A stretch of 64,000 nucleotides of DNA from Bacillota bacterium (GTDB lineage Bacteria > Bacillota > UBA5301 > JAMCQP01). The DNA lies in assembly GCA_023381695.1 (NCBI GenBank), contig JAMCQP010000117.1, positions 10,489-74,488 on the forward strand, read 5' to 3'. The translations under genes and the position numbers were made by a program. The notes beneath the pieces were generated by a model. It was not told the origin of the DNA. It saw only the letters and a list, made by a program, of their open reading frames with translations, and did no database searches. This document shows positions 28,603-38,683 of this stretch, piece after piece (position 1 is the stretch's first letter; the number at the start of each line of letters is the position of its first letter).

Positions 28603-29385
28603 TCAAGCAACGACAACCTCGACCCCCGCCCGGGACAGTTCCTTCAACATCTCCGGAGGCGCCTTCTGGTCGGTTACGAGCTTGTCAATGCGGCCAACCG
28701 GAATCACCGTCGTGGCGGTCACTTTGTTGAACTTGCTGTGATCCAGCACCACGATGATCTCCCGCGCCGCGTCCACCATAGCGCGCTTGGTGTACGCTTC
28801 CAGCAAATTTGGCGTAGTCAACCCGTGCTGAATGGTCAGGCCGTTTCCCGCCAGGAATACCTTATCGGCGTGAAATCCAGCCAATACCTGCTGGGCGATG
28901 GGGCCCACGGTCGCAAAGGTGTTGGCCCGCGCCGTACCACCCACGAGGATGACCTCGATTCCGGGGTTGTTCGCCAGTTCCTGGTGAAAGTTGGTGGCGT
29001 TGGTGATTACGACCACCTCCCGGCAGTCACGGAGGTTTCGCGCCACCTGGAGCGTGGTCGTGCCGGCGTCGAGAATGATGGTCTCCCCGTCCCGGACCAG
29101 AGTTGCAGCCCGGGCGCCGATGGCCTCTTTATCCCGGATGTACTTGTCCTCCTTCTCCCGAAACGAGGGTTCGAACCGGGTCGCCACCGCCAGCATGGCC
29201 CCCCCGTGGGTGCGCCGGACCAGGCCGGCCCGCTGAAGGTCGTCCAGGTCGCGCCGCACGGTTGCTTCGGAGACCAGGAGACCAGCGGCCAGTTCGCCCA
29301 CCGTCATGCTCGTCCGTTGTTCGAGCAAAGCAAGGATCTTCTGCCTCCGCTCTTCGGGGAACAACACTACTTGCGCGTCGCCCAC
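28603..29385 (-). CDS. fruR: DeoR/GlpR-family regulator (FruR-like)
   Basis: EERRQKIL, VSEATVRRDL, RTHGGA, LDAGTTT; GTG 29385 after GGGAGG. Confidence 0.88.
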   Translation of the reverse strand: MGDAQVVLFPEERRQKILALLEQRTSMTVGELAAGLLVSEATVRRDLDDLQRAGLVRRTHGGAMLAVATRFEPSFREKEDKYIRDKEAIGARAATLVRDGETIILDAGTTTLQVARNLRDCREVVVITNATNFHQELANNPGIEVILVGGTARANTFATVGPIAQQVLAGFHADKVFLAGNGLTIQHGLTTPNLLEAYTKRAMVDAAREIIVVLDHSKFNKVTATTVIPVGRIDKLVTDQKAPPEMLKELSRAGVEVVVA

Positions 29386-29456
29386 TTCTGTCCCTCCCGT
29401 TCTCGGCCGACCGCTTGAAGGTCGTTTTTTGGTCATTCATCGTTGTTCGGTTGCTC

Positions 29457-29492
29457 ATTTGTGTTCATTTGGATTCGTTTATATTTGTATTC
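29457..29492. promoter_or_regulatory. 10-bp direct repeats, candidate FruR operator
   Basis: ATTTGTGTTC 29457, ATTTGGATTC 29467, ATTTGTATTC 29483. Confidence 0.55.
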
Positions 29493-29651
29493 GACATCTT
29501 TGGGGATATTCCTTCGCGATCAATCAGTAGTTTTTGCAGATTTGCGCAGAGGTGAGGTAAAAAAAGCCCGCGAGGGTAGCACCTCCAAGCCTCAGTATAA
29601 GGCAATTAAGCACCCCTTAGGTAGGAAAAAGGCAGCCTCAAACGATATCTT

Positions 29652-30377
29652 TTAATCAGCATGGGAGATTATGTTGTAATAGTAATCTTCCAACTCCTTT
29701 TTGGTTCTCTCATCCACTGACTCGATATAGGCGAAACGGTAATGCCGGAAGAACTTCCGCGACTCGTACGGAATATTCAGATTCCTTGTATGTATCAATG
29801 CAACCAGTTTATCTTTATAAAAGAACAGGATAATGCGAGCTCCCGCAGATGGATCCTCCATCCAATCCTCATAAAACAAGTACGATTTAAACGCTCCCTG
29901 ATCAAACCATGAATGATAGCCAAACTCCCTCAAGTGCCCCGCCAATTCCGATAATGTCAAGGCATGCCGCTTTTTGTTGATCAGATTCTCCAGCCTGTTT
30001 TCGATGATCGAACTCTTTTGGATAGCGTCTTTGTAAACGTGGCCAATAATTTCGCAAAGAAAATACCCATCTTCCTCGTACTTGTATGGCACGTCCAGAT
30101 CATTGAGCGCTTTGCCGATCTCTTTCCCGGCCTGATCAACCAAAACTTCGCCTGCTTTTATTGTTGGCCGGTCATCGTTGAGTTTTAACAGAAATCCAAT
30201 CAAGTACCAGTCGCCTCTTAAGGGTGAACAATCCACAAGTGCATTATTATTTAATGAGAGCATCAACTTGCCGCCGGGATCTTTGCGAACATCAGCCGGT
30301 CCATTAATATTCTCTGCATCGGCATATTCCTGCAACAAGAGGACTAACAAAGCGCATATCGCCAAACACTTCTTCAT
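29652..30377 (-). CDS. AT-rich hypothetical secreted protein
   Basis: Signal peptide MKKCLAICALLVLLL; visibly lower GC than its flanks; SH3-like N-terminal stretch. Confidence 0.7.
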   Translation of the reverse strand: MKKCLAICALLVLLLQEYADAENINGPADVRKDPGGKLMLSLNNNALVDCSPLRGDWYLIGFLLKLNDDRPTIKAGEVLVDQAGKEIGKALNDLDVPYKYEEDGYFLCEIIGHVYKDAIQKSSIIENRLENLINKKRHALTLSELAGHLREFGYHSWFDQGAFKSYLFYEDWMEDPSAGARIILFFYKDKLVALIHTRNLNIPYESRKFFRHYRFAYIESVDERTKKELEDYYYNIISHAD

Positions 30378-30541
30378 TTTGAATTACCTCGCTTTTGCAG
30401 TAGCCGCGAAAAAGACATGGGTTATTATGGCAACAATCATGAATAATATCGGGGTAAACAAGGGGAAACACAATACCCTTCGCTTCACCCTGGGAAGAAG
30501 GAAAATGCCTTAATCTGCCGAATTATTAAAGCGCCTTGCCA

Positions 30542-30572
30542 CATTCGAACCGAGATATCCGTTTCGGTCAGA
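30542..30572. repeat. 31-bp dispersed near-perfect copy of 20996-21026
   Basis: CATTCGAACCGAGATATCCGTTT(C/G)GGTCAGA, 30/31 identical. Confidence 0.85.
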
Positions 30573-30916
30573 GGTATCACGAATCGTGCCACAAGGGAAG
30601 ACCTCTTTCGGAGTTCCCGATTACCTCGGAGAGGACACTCCGCGTAGAGAGGAAAAAACCTGTACCCTGGACAAGAAAATCCGTGCAAACCGCAAAATCA
30701 AAGAGAATATCGGGAAGAGTATCGGCGGGCGTTGAGAGCCGATCGCGACGACGCTTTCACTGGTGGCGACGGGGAGTGGCGCGGGCCTGTTCGGATTACT
30801 GGCTCTCGCGGTGGTAGGGCGTATTAGCTCCGGGGGAAACGGCGCAGTGGCTCTCGCGTTTGGGCTGGTAGCGACAGCCGCCGCAATCGCGCTGTTCCAT
30901 CAGAGGAGAGTCAAGT

Positions 30917-31288
30917 ATGGGCAATCAATCAAGGTATTCTATCAACACAAACGTAAAGTTCAATCCATTAGAGCTTATTGACGTCAGGAAACTAAATGAA
31001 GAGTGCCGGGAAGACTGGTTCAATCAGACGTTAACTCAAGTGAATGATTGCGTCGTGCGACTCGGTATTGTGAAGGGCGAGTTTCACTGGCACAAACATG
31101 ATACCGAGGACGAGTTCTTCTATGTTGTTTCCGGAAAGTTAATCATCGATTTGGAGGGTCGATCGGTAGAACTGGCCCCGCAGCAAGGATTCATGGTGCC
31201 AAAAGGTGTTCTTCATCGGACAAGGGCGCCAGAACGGACAGTGATGCTCATGATTGAAGGGAGCACGGTCATCCCGACAGGAAACTAA
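30917..31288 (+). CDS. Cupin-domain protein
   Basis: GEFHWHKHDTEDEFFYVVSG...VPKGVLHRT; GAGGAG RBS. Confidence 0.9.
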   Translation: MGNQSRYSINTNVKFNPLELIDVRKLNEECREDWFNQTLTQVNDCVVRLGIVKGEFHWHKHDTEDEFFYVVSGKLIIDLEGRSVELAPQQGFMVPKGVLHRTRAPERTVMLMIEGSTVIPTGN

Positions 31289-31680
31289 AGAGGCGGGAAG
31301 GTAATCGGTGATCGGCTTGATCGACGCTTCGAATACGCCCTCATCGATGGCCGCGCCTATCAGAGCGAAACAAAAGCCTTCGCCGTGGAAAAGGAAGTGC
31401 TCACCGAGTCCCTGGTGTAGCCGTTAAAGTATCTTCGTAGAGAATGACATCGTCCTGAAGCAATGATGAAAGCAGTTGTCCCGTTAACCCGGAGGAAGCG
31501 GTCCAGGTCGCTGATGGTTCGAGCCCAGCCCCGGTACTTGTATTGAACCGGGCCAAGCTTCCGGTTCAGGGCCATCACCAGTGCAAATCCAAGGACACGA
31601 GTGCTGGTGATGCCCGGCCTCATCGGCGACTTCATCGGCGACTTTATTGATGTCTCCCTAGACTTCTCCACACCTTGTTT

Positions 31681-32166
31681 TCATAACTCTTTTGTCTTCA
31701 TAACCAGGGAAGTGCCTCTTTTCCCCACTTCGGCAAATCCATGCCGGTTGTAAAGAGAAACGGCAGGGTTATCCGGGTCGACACTCAATGAGACCGCCGG
31801 ATAACCGTTCGCCCTTGCTTCCTTTAGCATCCGGCCAAGCAAGGCGTCCCCCACTCCCCGTCCCCGGTATCCGGGCAAGACCGCCATGCTTAATTCGGGC
31901 GTTTTATCGTCAACATACCCATATGCCTGGTTGGCCTCGTCAAATAGACGTATCCACACCGCGCCGATGGGCTGGCCATCATGCTTTAAGGCGATGAACC
32001 CGCTGTCCCCCTTTCACCCCCAACCGCTGACATAGCCCGCAATTTCGGGTTTGTTCAATATATCCCTCGGGGGCGGCTCTTTTCCCGCCGGGGTATAGAT
32101 CGCCTGATACAACATCTCCCACAAGAACGGCAAATCTGAATCCTGGATGGGCCTGATATTGAACAT
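31681..32166 (-). pseudogene. GNAT acetyltransferase with a single in-frame TGA
   Basis: MFNIRPIQDSDLPFLWEML...YVSGWG*KGDSGFIA...PELSMAVLPGYRGRGVG; TGA at 32014-32016. Confidence 0.85.
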
Positions 32167-32171
32167 CTCCG

Positions 32172-32370
32172 TCAGCGCCAAACACCCCCGGTCGCCTTAA
32201 ATGAGGCGTAACTGATGGGAAGATGCCGCCACCCAGGATCAGGGCGGCCAAAAAGAGGGGACGCGAGTGCAAAATTCCAGCAGCAGCCGCGAAGTAGATG
32301 ACCGGGTTTATGGCCATCGCTATCGGGATCCCCAAGAGAGGGCTGAAGAGCAGCCTGAACCCCCTCCCTG
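32172..32370 (-). pseudogene. Frameshifted C-terminal relic of a membrane protein
   Basis: LLGIPIAMAINPVIYFAAAAGILHSRPLFLAALILG, then a shift to HLPISYASFK..WR*, with the stop next to the GNAT RBS. Confidence 0.45.
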
Positions 32371-32468
32371 CGAAGAGATATGCATGATTAATAACTTATC
32401 GCTTCGTCGACCTAGTATAACGTTCTCCAAATAACATACTTTGGTATCTATGGTGTTGTTCATCTTAT

Positions 32469-33119
32469 TTACTCCTCATCACGGCCAAAGAGATCAGCCT
32501 CGACCATGGCGCACAATGCATGATAGACCGCCTCGTGGGCCTCCTGAATCTCCGCCGCCTGGCCGTATGGAACCCGGATGGAGACCTCGCACATGCCGTG
32601 TAATCTTCCGCCGTCCTTACCCGCCATCCCGATGGTCTTCATCCCGATAACCCGCGCCACTTGCACCGCCCTTACCACATCGAGCGAATTCCCCGAGGTG
32701 CTGATGGCAACCAGGACATCCCCTGGCGCCCCATAACCGTAAACTTGCTGGGCAAAGATCAGATCCGCGCCGATGTCGTTGACCACCGCGGTAATCAAAG
32801 GAACCTGGGCCGCCAGTGAAATCGCGGGTATGGCCCTTTGAAGCCGGCCGGCAATCTCCCGGCCCTCTTCACCCCATAATTCCTGAAAGGACTTGCGGTG
32901 GTCCTCCGGAATCCCCCGGTCCGCCAGGAAGCCTTTCATCAGTTCCCCGACCATGTGATCGCCGTCCGCCGCGCTGCCGCCGTTTCCGCAGATCAGCACC
33001 TTGCTCCCGCGCCTGTACGTGTCTTCCATGGCTACGGCAGCCGCTTCAATGGCCCCGCGGCATGCCAAAAGTTCGGGCCTTCTGATCAACAGGCGCTCCA
33101 GAATCTCCGAAGAACGCAT
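32469..33119 (-). CDS. GmhA-like SIS-domain sugar-phosphate isomerase
   Basis: VLICGNGGSAADGDHMVGELMKGF, ISTSGNS, AEIQEAH. Confidence 0.9.
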   Translation of the reverse strand: MRSSEILERLLIRRPELLACRGAIEAAAVAMEDTYRRGSKVLICGNGGSAADGDHMVGELMKGFLADRGIPEDHRKSFQELWGEEGREIAGRLQRAIPAISLAAQVPLITAVVNDIGADLIFAQQVYGYGAPGDVLVAISTSGNSLDVVRAVQVARVIGMKTIGMAGKDGGRLHGMCEVSIRVPYGQAAEIQEAHEAVYHALCAMVEADLFGRDEE

Positions 33120-33170
33120 CTCTACACCCTTTTTCAGCTTCGCCTTCCAATCCGGCAGTAAAGCAGTAAA

Positions 33171-34148
33171 TCAGAACTCACCCAGCGCTTCCATCGCCAC
33201 GGAAAGGCTTGCGTAGTAGCCAAGCTCTTCGCCCAGAAGAGCCGGGAGCACCTTGCATTTCGATGCCGCCAGTTCCAGCGCCTCGGCTTTGATCTCTTCC
33301 TCCATGCCGGGACGCAACAGAGATTCGGCCCTCGCAAAGATGCTCCCGATAACCACGGCCTCCGGGTTGAGCAGGTCGATCAGGATCGAAATCCCCCGTC
33401 CCAGGTATCTGGCGGAAATGGACATCACCTTTTGCGCGGCGGGATCGCCCGCCTTGGCGGCGGACACGATATCGTGCGCGGCGAGATGCTCAAGATCTTG
33501 CTCCCAGGGAGAAGACCCCGCCGACCGGCCATTTTTCGCTTCCCCGGCGGCGATCATCCGCGCCAGCCCGGGCAGCCCACCTCCACTGCAAAAGCCTTCA
33601 AAGGAGCCATTCTTTCCGTAACCCAAGGGGCCGTCATCGGCCAGGCGGATGTGCCCCGCCTCGCCGGCAAGATCCGAGGCCCCCCGGTACAGGCGTCCAT
33701 CCAGGATCAGTCCGGCCCCCAGACCGGTTCCGAAGGTGAGAAAAATAACGTTCTTGAGCCCCCGGGCGGCGCCGAATTTCCACTCCGCCAGCGCACCGGC
33801 ATTGGCGTCATTTTCAAGATAGGCTTTAACGCCCAATCGCTCTTCCACCAGTTCAACAACAGGCGCCTCGCCCCAAACGGCCAGGTTGGGAGGGGCGAAA
33901 AGCCGGCCGGACGCCCGGTCAAGCGGCCCCCCGCAAGCTATTCCCACGGCCTCCACCTCCGCCAGGGCAATACCCTGTTTTTGGAGCAACTCATCAACAA
34001 CGATCTTGAACCGGGCCAGGACGCGGTCAACTCCCCGCTCCGGCGTTGTGGGAAACCTGGCGGAGGCAATCAGCCGGCCGCTGCGTGTGCCGATGGCGAC
34101 GCCGGTCTTTGTCCCGCCAATGTCCATTCCGACAAGATAATCCTTCAT
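33171..34148 (-). CDS. ROK-family sugar kinase
   Basis: GMDIGGTK, LENDANAGALAE, GTGLGAG, GEAGH. Confidence 0.93.
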   Translation of the reverse strand: MKDYLVGMDIGGTKTGVAIGTRSGRLIASARFPTTPERGVDRVLARFKIVVDELLQKQGIALAEVEAVGIACGGPLDRASGRLFAPPNLAVWGEAPVVELVEERLGVKAYLENDANAGALAEWKFGAARGLKNVIFLTFGTGLGAGLILDGRLYRGASDLAGEAGHIRLADDGPLGYGKNGSFEGFCSGGGLPGLARMIAAGEAKNGRSAGSSPWEQDLEHLAAHDIVSAAKAGDPAAQKVMSISARYLGRGISILIDLLNPEAVVIGSIFARAESLLRPGMEEEIKAEALELAASKCKVLPALLGEELGYYASLSVAMEALGEF

Positions 34149-34172
34149 GGATGCTCCCCGCCGTTGAGCCGT

Positions 34173-35390
34173 TTAGACCCGGGCCAGCGCGGCGTCCAGA
34201 TCGGCAATGATGTCCTCCACGTCCTCCAGGCCCACCGAAATTCGAATCAGCCCCGGTTCCACGCCCGCGGCCCTCCACACCTCTTCAGGCTGCTCCCGGG
34301 CCATGCTGATAATCGGAGCATAGGCCAGGCTTTCGAATCCTCCCCAGCTGACCCCGCGCCTGAAGACCCGGAGGCTGTCGACAAAGCGCCTCACGCCGGG
34401 CAGGTCACAGTCGATCATCATGCTCATCAGCCCACTGGAGCCCGACATCTGTCTCCGTCCCAGTTCGTACTGGGGGTGGGATTTCAAGCCGGGATAGTAG
34501 ACTCTCTTGATCTTCGGATGCGCTTCCAGGTACGCGGCCACCTTCAGGGCGTTCTTCTGATGCCTTTCCAGGCGCACATCCAGGGTCCTCAGACCGCGCA
34601 GCAAAAGCCACGCTTCAAAAGGCCCCGTGATTCCACCGAGAAGGACGTGTTCGTTGGCGGCGATCTTGCTCACCAGTTCCTTGCCGCCGACGCACACTCC
34701 CGCCACCACATCGCTGTGGCCGGCCAGATACTTGGTGGCGGAATGCACCACCAGATCTATACCCAGATCCAACGGCTTCTGGAAGATGGGCGTGGCCCAG
34801 GAGTTGTCGATCATCGTGACGATCCCGTGCTCTTTGGCAATCGCGGAAACCGCGCGCAGGTCCTGCATTTCAAAAACCAGGCTGCTCGGGCTTTCCACGT
34901 AGAAGAGGCGGGTGTTGGGCTTCACCGCTTTCTCAAACTCGGCGGGGTCTGTCCCGTCCACAAAGGTGGTCTCCACGCCAAACCTGGTCAGCCAGTTCCG
35001 TAAAAATTTCATCGTGGGCCCATAGGCCGATTTCACGCAGACAATGTGATCCCCCTGGGAGACCTGGGAAAGGATCGTGGAGGAGATGGCCGCCATGCCG
35101 GAAGAAAACAGCCTGGCCGCCTCCCCGTTCTCCAGCGCGGCAATCTTGGCGGCGGTGAGATCAATGGTCGGATTCTGGCCCCTGGTGTAGATGAAATGGT
35201 GCTCCCGATCCCCGAAGGCCTCATCCAGAGCTTCATAGTCCTCAAAAGCAAACAGCGACGTCTGAACGATTGGCGGGACGGCCGCTCCGAAATATTGGGA
35301 CGGATCCTCTCCGGAATGGAGAAGTTTCGTCTGGGATTTCCACGCGGGATCCTCGCCCTTTTCAAGATGTTTCCGCGGTTCTTTTGACAT
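34173..35390 (-). CDS. Cys/Met-metabolism PLP-dependent lyase (cystathionine lyase/synthase fold)
   Basis: YTRGQNPT, DNSWATP, HSATKYLAGHSD, VSWGGFESL, RISVGLE. Confidence 0.92.
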   Translation of the reverse strand: MSKEPRKHLEKGEDPAWKSQTKLLHSGEDPSQYFGAAVPPIVQTSLFAFEDYEALDEAFGDREHHFIYTRGQNPTIDLTAAKIAALENGEAARLFSSGMAAISSTILSQVSQGDHIVCVKSAYGPTMKFLRNWLTRFGVETTFVDGTDPAEFEKAVKPNTRLFYVESPSSLVFEMQDLRAVSAIAKEHGIVTMIDNSWATPIFQKPLDLGIDLVVHSATKYLAGHSDVVAGVCVGGKELVSKIAANEHVLLGGITGPFEAWLLLRGLRTLDVRLERHQKNALKVAAYLEAHPKIKRVYYPGLKSHPQYELGRRQMSGSSGLMSMMIDCDLPGVRRFVDSLRVFRRGVSWGGFESLAYAPIISMAREQPEEVWRAAGVEPGLIRISVGLEDVEDIIADLDAALARV

Positions 35391-35423
35391 TTGGATGTCT
35401 CCTCTCAAACAGATGTCTATAGA

Positions 35424-36260
35424 TCAACCTTTTACCGCCCCCATGGTCAGCCCTTGAACCAGGTAACGCTGGATGTACCCGAACAGGACGGCGATGGGCA
35501 CCAGCGCCATGGTGGTGGCGGCCATCATCATGCCCCAGCTTACGTTGAATTTGCTGACAAACATGATCAGCCCCACCGGGATCGTCTTCAAGCCTTCATC
35601 GTTGATGAACATCACCGCGAAGACCATCTCGCTCCAGGCGGCAACGAATACAAAGACTATTGTCGCCACAATCCCCGGCCACAATGCGGGAACCACAATC
35701 CGCCAGATGGCTTCTATCCGGTTGCATCCGTCGATATAGGCCGCCTCTTCAAGCTCGACGGGCACGTCGGCGAAATATCCCCGCATGAGAAAGACCGCAA
35801 AGGGAATGTTCAACGTGATATAGATCAAGATCAACCCCAGCAGGGTATTCAGCAGGTGGAACTTGCTGAATAGTAGATAGAGCGGCGCCACCAGCACCAC
35901 GCCCGGGAACATCTGCGTGGCGAGCAACGCCATAAGGCTCATCTGCCTCCCCCGGAATTTGAACCTGGCCAGCGCGTAACCGCCGAAGATGGCGATAATG
36001 AGAACAACCAGCGCCGCCGCACTGGCCGCCGCCAGGCTGTTCCGCAAATAGACGCCGAACGCCGTCCTTTGCAGAACGTCAACATAGTGCTGGAAAGTTG
36101 GGTGCACGGGCCAGTAATTGACCTGCTCGGAGAACAGCTCCCGGTCCGGCTTGAAAGAGGTCAATACCATCCAATAGAGCGGGAAAAGGGCGAAGCACAG
36201 GAAGAACAGGAGCCCCAGCGCCCGGCCGAGCCTTTGCCTTATGCTGCGTCTTTGAATCAT
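35424..36260 (-). CDS. Carbohydrate ABC permease
   Basis: LEEAAYIDGC; ends GLTMGAVKG. Confidence 0.92.
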   Translation of the reverse strand: MIQRRSIRQRLGRALGLLFFLCFALFPLYWMVLTSFKPDRELFSEQVNYWPVHPTFQHYVDVLQRTAFGVYLRNSLAAASAAALVVLIIAIFGGYALARFKFRGRQMSLMALLATQMFPGVVLVAPLYLLFSKFHLLNTLLGLILIYITLNIPFAVFLMRGYFADVPVELEEAAYIDGCNRIEAIWRIVVPALWPGIVATIVFVFVAAWSEMVFAVMFINDEGLKTIPVGLIMFVSKFNVSWGMMMAATTMALVPIAVLFGYIQRYLVQGLTMGAVKG

Positions 36261-37162
36261 GCCTCTTCCCTCCCAAAACCTGTCAGCTTTATAAATGCCA
36301 CGGCGAAAACCACCAGCGCCAAAAACAGCACCACCGAAAGCCCCGCCGAATAGCCGATATTCAACGATTTGTACCCGGTAAGAAAAATATAGGTGGACAG
36401 CGTCTGGGAAGTATCCGCCGGCCCGCCCTCAGTCATGATGTAGATCAGGTCCGGGAAATTCGCTATCCAGATCACCCGCAAAAGGGTGGAGACAATCATG
36501 GTCGGTTTCAACAGGGGAAGCGTCACGTGCCAGAAGAGCCTGGTGGATGATGCCCCCTCGATATTGCCCGCTTCATAAAGCTCGTAGGGAATCGCCTGAA
36601 GCCCGGCGAGCAGCGTGATGGCAAAGAACGGCACGCCGAACCAGACGTTGGCCAGCACCACCGAAAGCAGCGCCGTGGACGGCATCGACAAAAAACCGAT
36701 CGGCTGGCTGATGATCTGGGCTCTGATCAGAAGATCGTTGATGACGCCAAACTGCGCATTGAACATCCATTTCCAGGTCATGCCGATCAAAAAGCCGGGC
36801 ACCGCCCAGGGAAGAAAGACCAGCGCCTGGTAAAGGGGTTTGCCGAAAAACGGCCCGGCGTTCAGCAGCAAGGCCAGGATCATGCCCAGAGTGAACTGCA
36901 GGACAAGCGATGAAAATGTCCACACCAGCGTGTTCTTGACGGCCAGCCAAAAAACCGGGTCCTTAAAGATGTTGAGGTAATTGCCCAGACCAATAAAGGC
37001 CCTGTTGAATGGCTCAAAGATCATGTAATATTGCGTGGAATAAAGAATGGCCATCAGCAACGGAACAAGCATGAGGGCGCCGATAAACAGGTAAGACGGA
37101 CTCAACATAAAATACGGAACCAGCCTGCGCACCGCTCGCGAATTTTTGGGCACCCGTACCAC
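36257..37162 (-). CDS. Carbohydrate ABC permease
   Basis: LYEAGNIEGAS, TEGGPAD. Confidence 0.92.
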   Translation of the reverse strand: MVRVPKNSRAVRRLVPYFMLSPSYLFIGALMLVPLLMAILYSTQYYMIFEPFNRAFIGLGNYLNIFKDPVFWLAVKNTLVWTFSSLVLQFTLGMILALLLNAGPFFGKPLYQALVFLPWAVPGFLIGMTWKWMFNAQFGVINDLLIRAQIISQPIGFLSMPSTALLSVVLANVWFGVPFFAITLLAGLQAIPYELYEAGNIEGASSTRLFWHVTLPLLKPTMIVSTLLRVIWIANFPDLIYIMTEGGPADTSQTLSTYIFLTGYKSLNIGYSAGLSVVLFLALVVFAVAFIKLTGFGREEA

Positions 37163-37243
37163 TCCTCACGATGGGGAGCGGGAGGAAGGACCTTGAACTG
37201 GCCCTCCCTCCGCCAATAATCCACCTGTAATTCTACTTTAATT

Positions 37244-38530
37244 CTACTTCCTGACGCTCTTCCGGTACTTCTGCTCGGCGTCGGTGAGGAATTTCGCCCA
37301 GTGATCGGCTGCTTCCTGCGCTGACTCCCGGCCAAGAAGAACCTTCTGGAAATCGGACGGGACCAACTGGTTGAAGAAGGTGCCCCACTCGGGCAGGTAC
37401 CAGGGCGGGATGATCTTCACGTACTGCTTCCCGTTCAGCTCGGCAAACCAGGCTTTGTAGATCGGATCATTGTAGAATTCGCTCTTTTGGGCACTTTTGG
37501 CCACCGGAATCGCGCCCGTGTCCTGGGCAAACTTCGCGCTGTTCTCGGGAGAAGCCAGGAATGAAAGCAGCTTCCAGGCTTCCTTCGGATGAGCGGTCTT
37601 CCTGGACATGGACCAGCCGGGGAAACCAAGCTGGAAGAAGGTCTTGCCCGAAGGTCCGACCGGCAGCGGCGCCACGGCGTAAGTTCCCTTGTCCATGTGT
37701 TCCTTGACGGCCGACAGAGTGTCCGGGTCCTGGTCAAGCATGGCCGCGTGGCCGGAGTAGAAAGCGCCGACGATGTCGTTGAATCCCCATGTTACCGAAT
37801 CAGGAGAGGCCAGGCCGTTCTTGTAAATGCTGACCAGCTTCTCCAGGCCCTTGACCGCGCCCGGTTTGTTCAGGTTGCTGCGGCCCTGACTGTCGAAATA
37901 GTTCCCGTCTCCGAGATAACCCAGCATCCAGAGCTGGATGTTATCCCAGCTCCCGGCGCCTCCGCGCAGGGCATAACCAAAACGGCCCCTGGATTTGTCC
38001 GTAAGCTTTTCCGCCGCGGCGACAAAATCCTCGAAAGTCTGGGGCGGATTGACGCCCGCCTCTTTAAACCAGTCAGCCCGGTAGTAGAGAGCGCGTTCAT
38101 AGAAGCCCCAGGGAATGATATACGGAGTCTTGTTGGCAATCTCGCTCATCTGGCGAGCTGCGTCGGTAAAATCGCTCCACTCATGCCAGGTCTTGAGGTT
38201 GGGCTTCAGGTCGGCCAGTACCTGCATCGCCGCGAATTGGGAGACCCATTTTTCGGCCATCTCGGTTACATCGGGGCCCTCGCCGGCCGAGTACATGGTC
38301 AAAAGCTTCTGGTAGGCCTGTTCCCAGGGAAGCGAGATCAGGTTGACCTTGATATCCGGGTTCTCCTTTTCAAACTGGTCCAACATCGACTTCATCAACT
38401 GATCGCGGGTCGGGCTTGGCATGATGGTCACCAGGTTCAAGGCAACCTGTTTGGCCATGGACACGCCCGAGACAGCCAGAACCATCGCAAGCAACACCGC
38501 CACGACCACCGACGATTTCAACCAGCGCAT
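37244..38530 (-). CDS. Carbohydrate ABC substrate-binding protein
   Basis: Signal peptide; LYYRADWF, PQTFEDF. Confidence 0.92.
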   Translation of the reverse strand: MRWLKSSVVVAVLLAMVLAVSGVSMAKQVALNLVTIMPSPTRDQLMKSMLDQFEKENPDIKVNLISLPWEQAYQKLLTMYSAGEGPDVTEMAEKWVSQFAAMQVLADLKPNLKTWHEWSDFTDAARQMSEIANKTPYIIPWGFYERALYYRADWFKEAGVNPPQTFEDFVAAAEKLTDKSRGRFGYALRGGAGSWDNIQLWMLGYLGDGNYFDSQGRSNLNKPGAVKGLEKLVSIYKNGLASPDSVTWGFNDIVGAFYSGHAAMLDQDPDTLSAVKEHMDKGTYAVAPLPVGPSGKTFFQLGFPGWSMSRKTAHPKEAWKLLSFLASPENSAKFAQDTGAIPVAKSAQKSEFYNDPIYKAWFAELNGKQYVKIIPPWYLPEWGTFFNQLVPSDFQKVLLGRESAQEAADHWAKFLTDAEQKYRKSVRK

Positions 38531-38683
38531 AGAAGATCTCCTCCTTTAAAAGGATCTTTCCACTAAAAGGATCTTTCTACCGATTCCTCTGCATTGCTCC
38601 CTTCCAAGAGCCATGGATTATCGCGAACCCTGTCTTCCAGCAATGTTTTGGGGCCATCACCTCCCCCGCCCGGGTCTCCAATC

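Noticed and set aside
30530-30580. tRNA (GGTTCGAAT T-loop-like text on the minus strand)
   Set aside because: No T-stem or cloverleaf; the text is explained by the ISVRM codons shared with 20996-21026
31360-31671. 103-aa ORF as a real gene
   Set aside because: No recognisable motif; it contains a 12-bp duplication and sits in relic-rich spacer DNA
32014-32016. In-frame TGA as selenocysteine
   Set aside because: The position is not a Cys site in this GNAT motif, no SECIS-like stem was recognised, and the neighbouring gene is also broken
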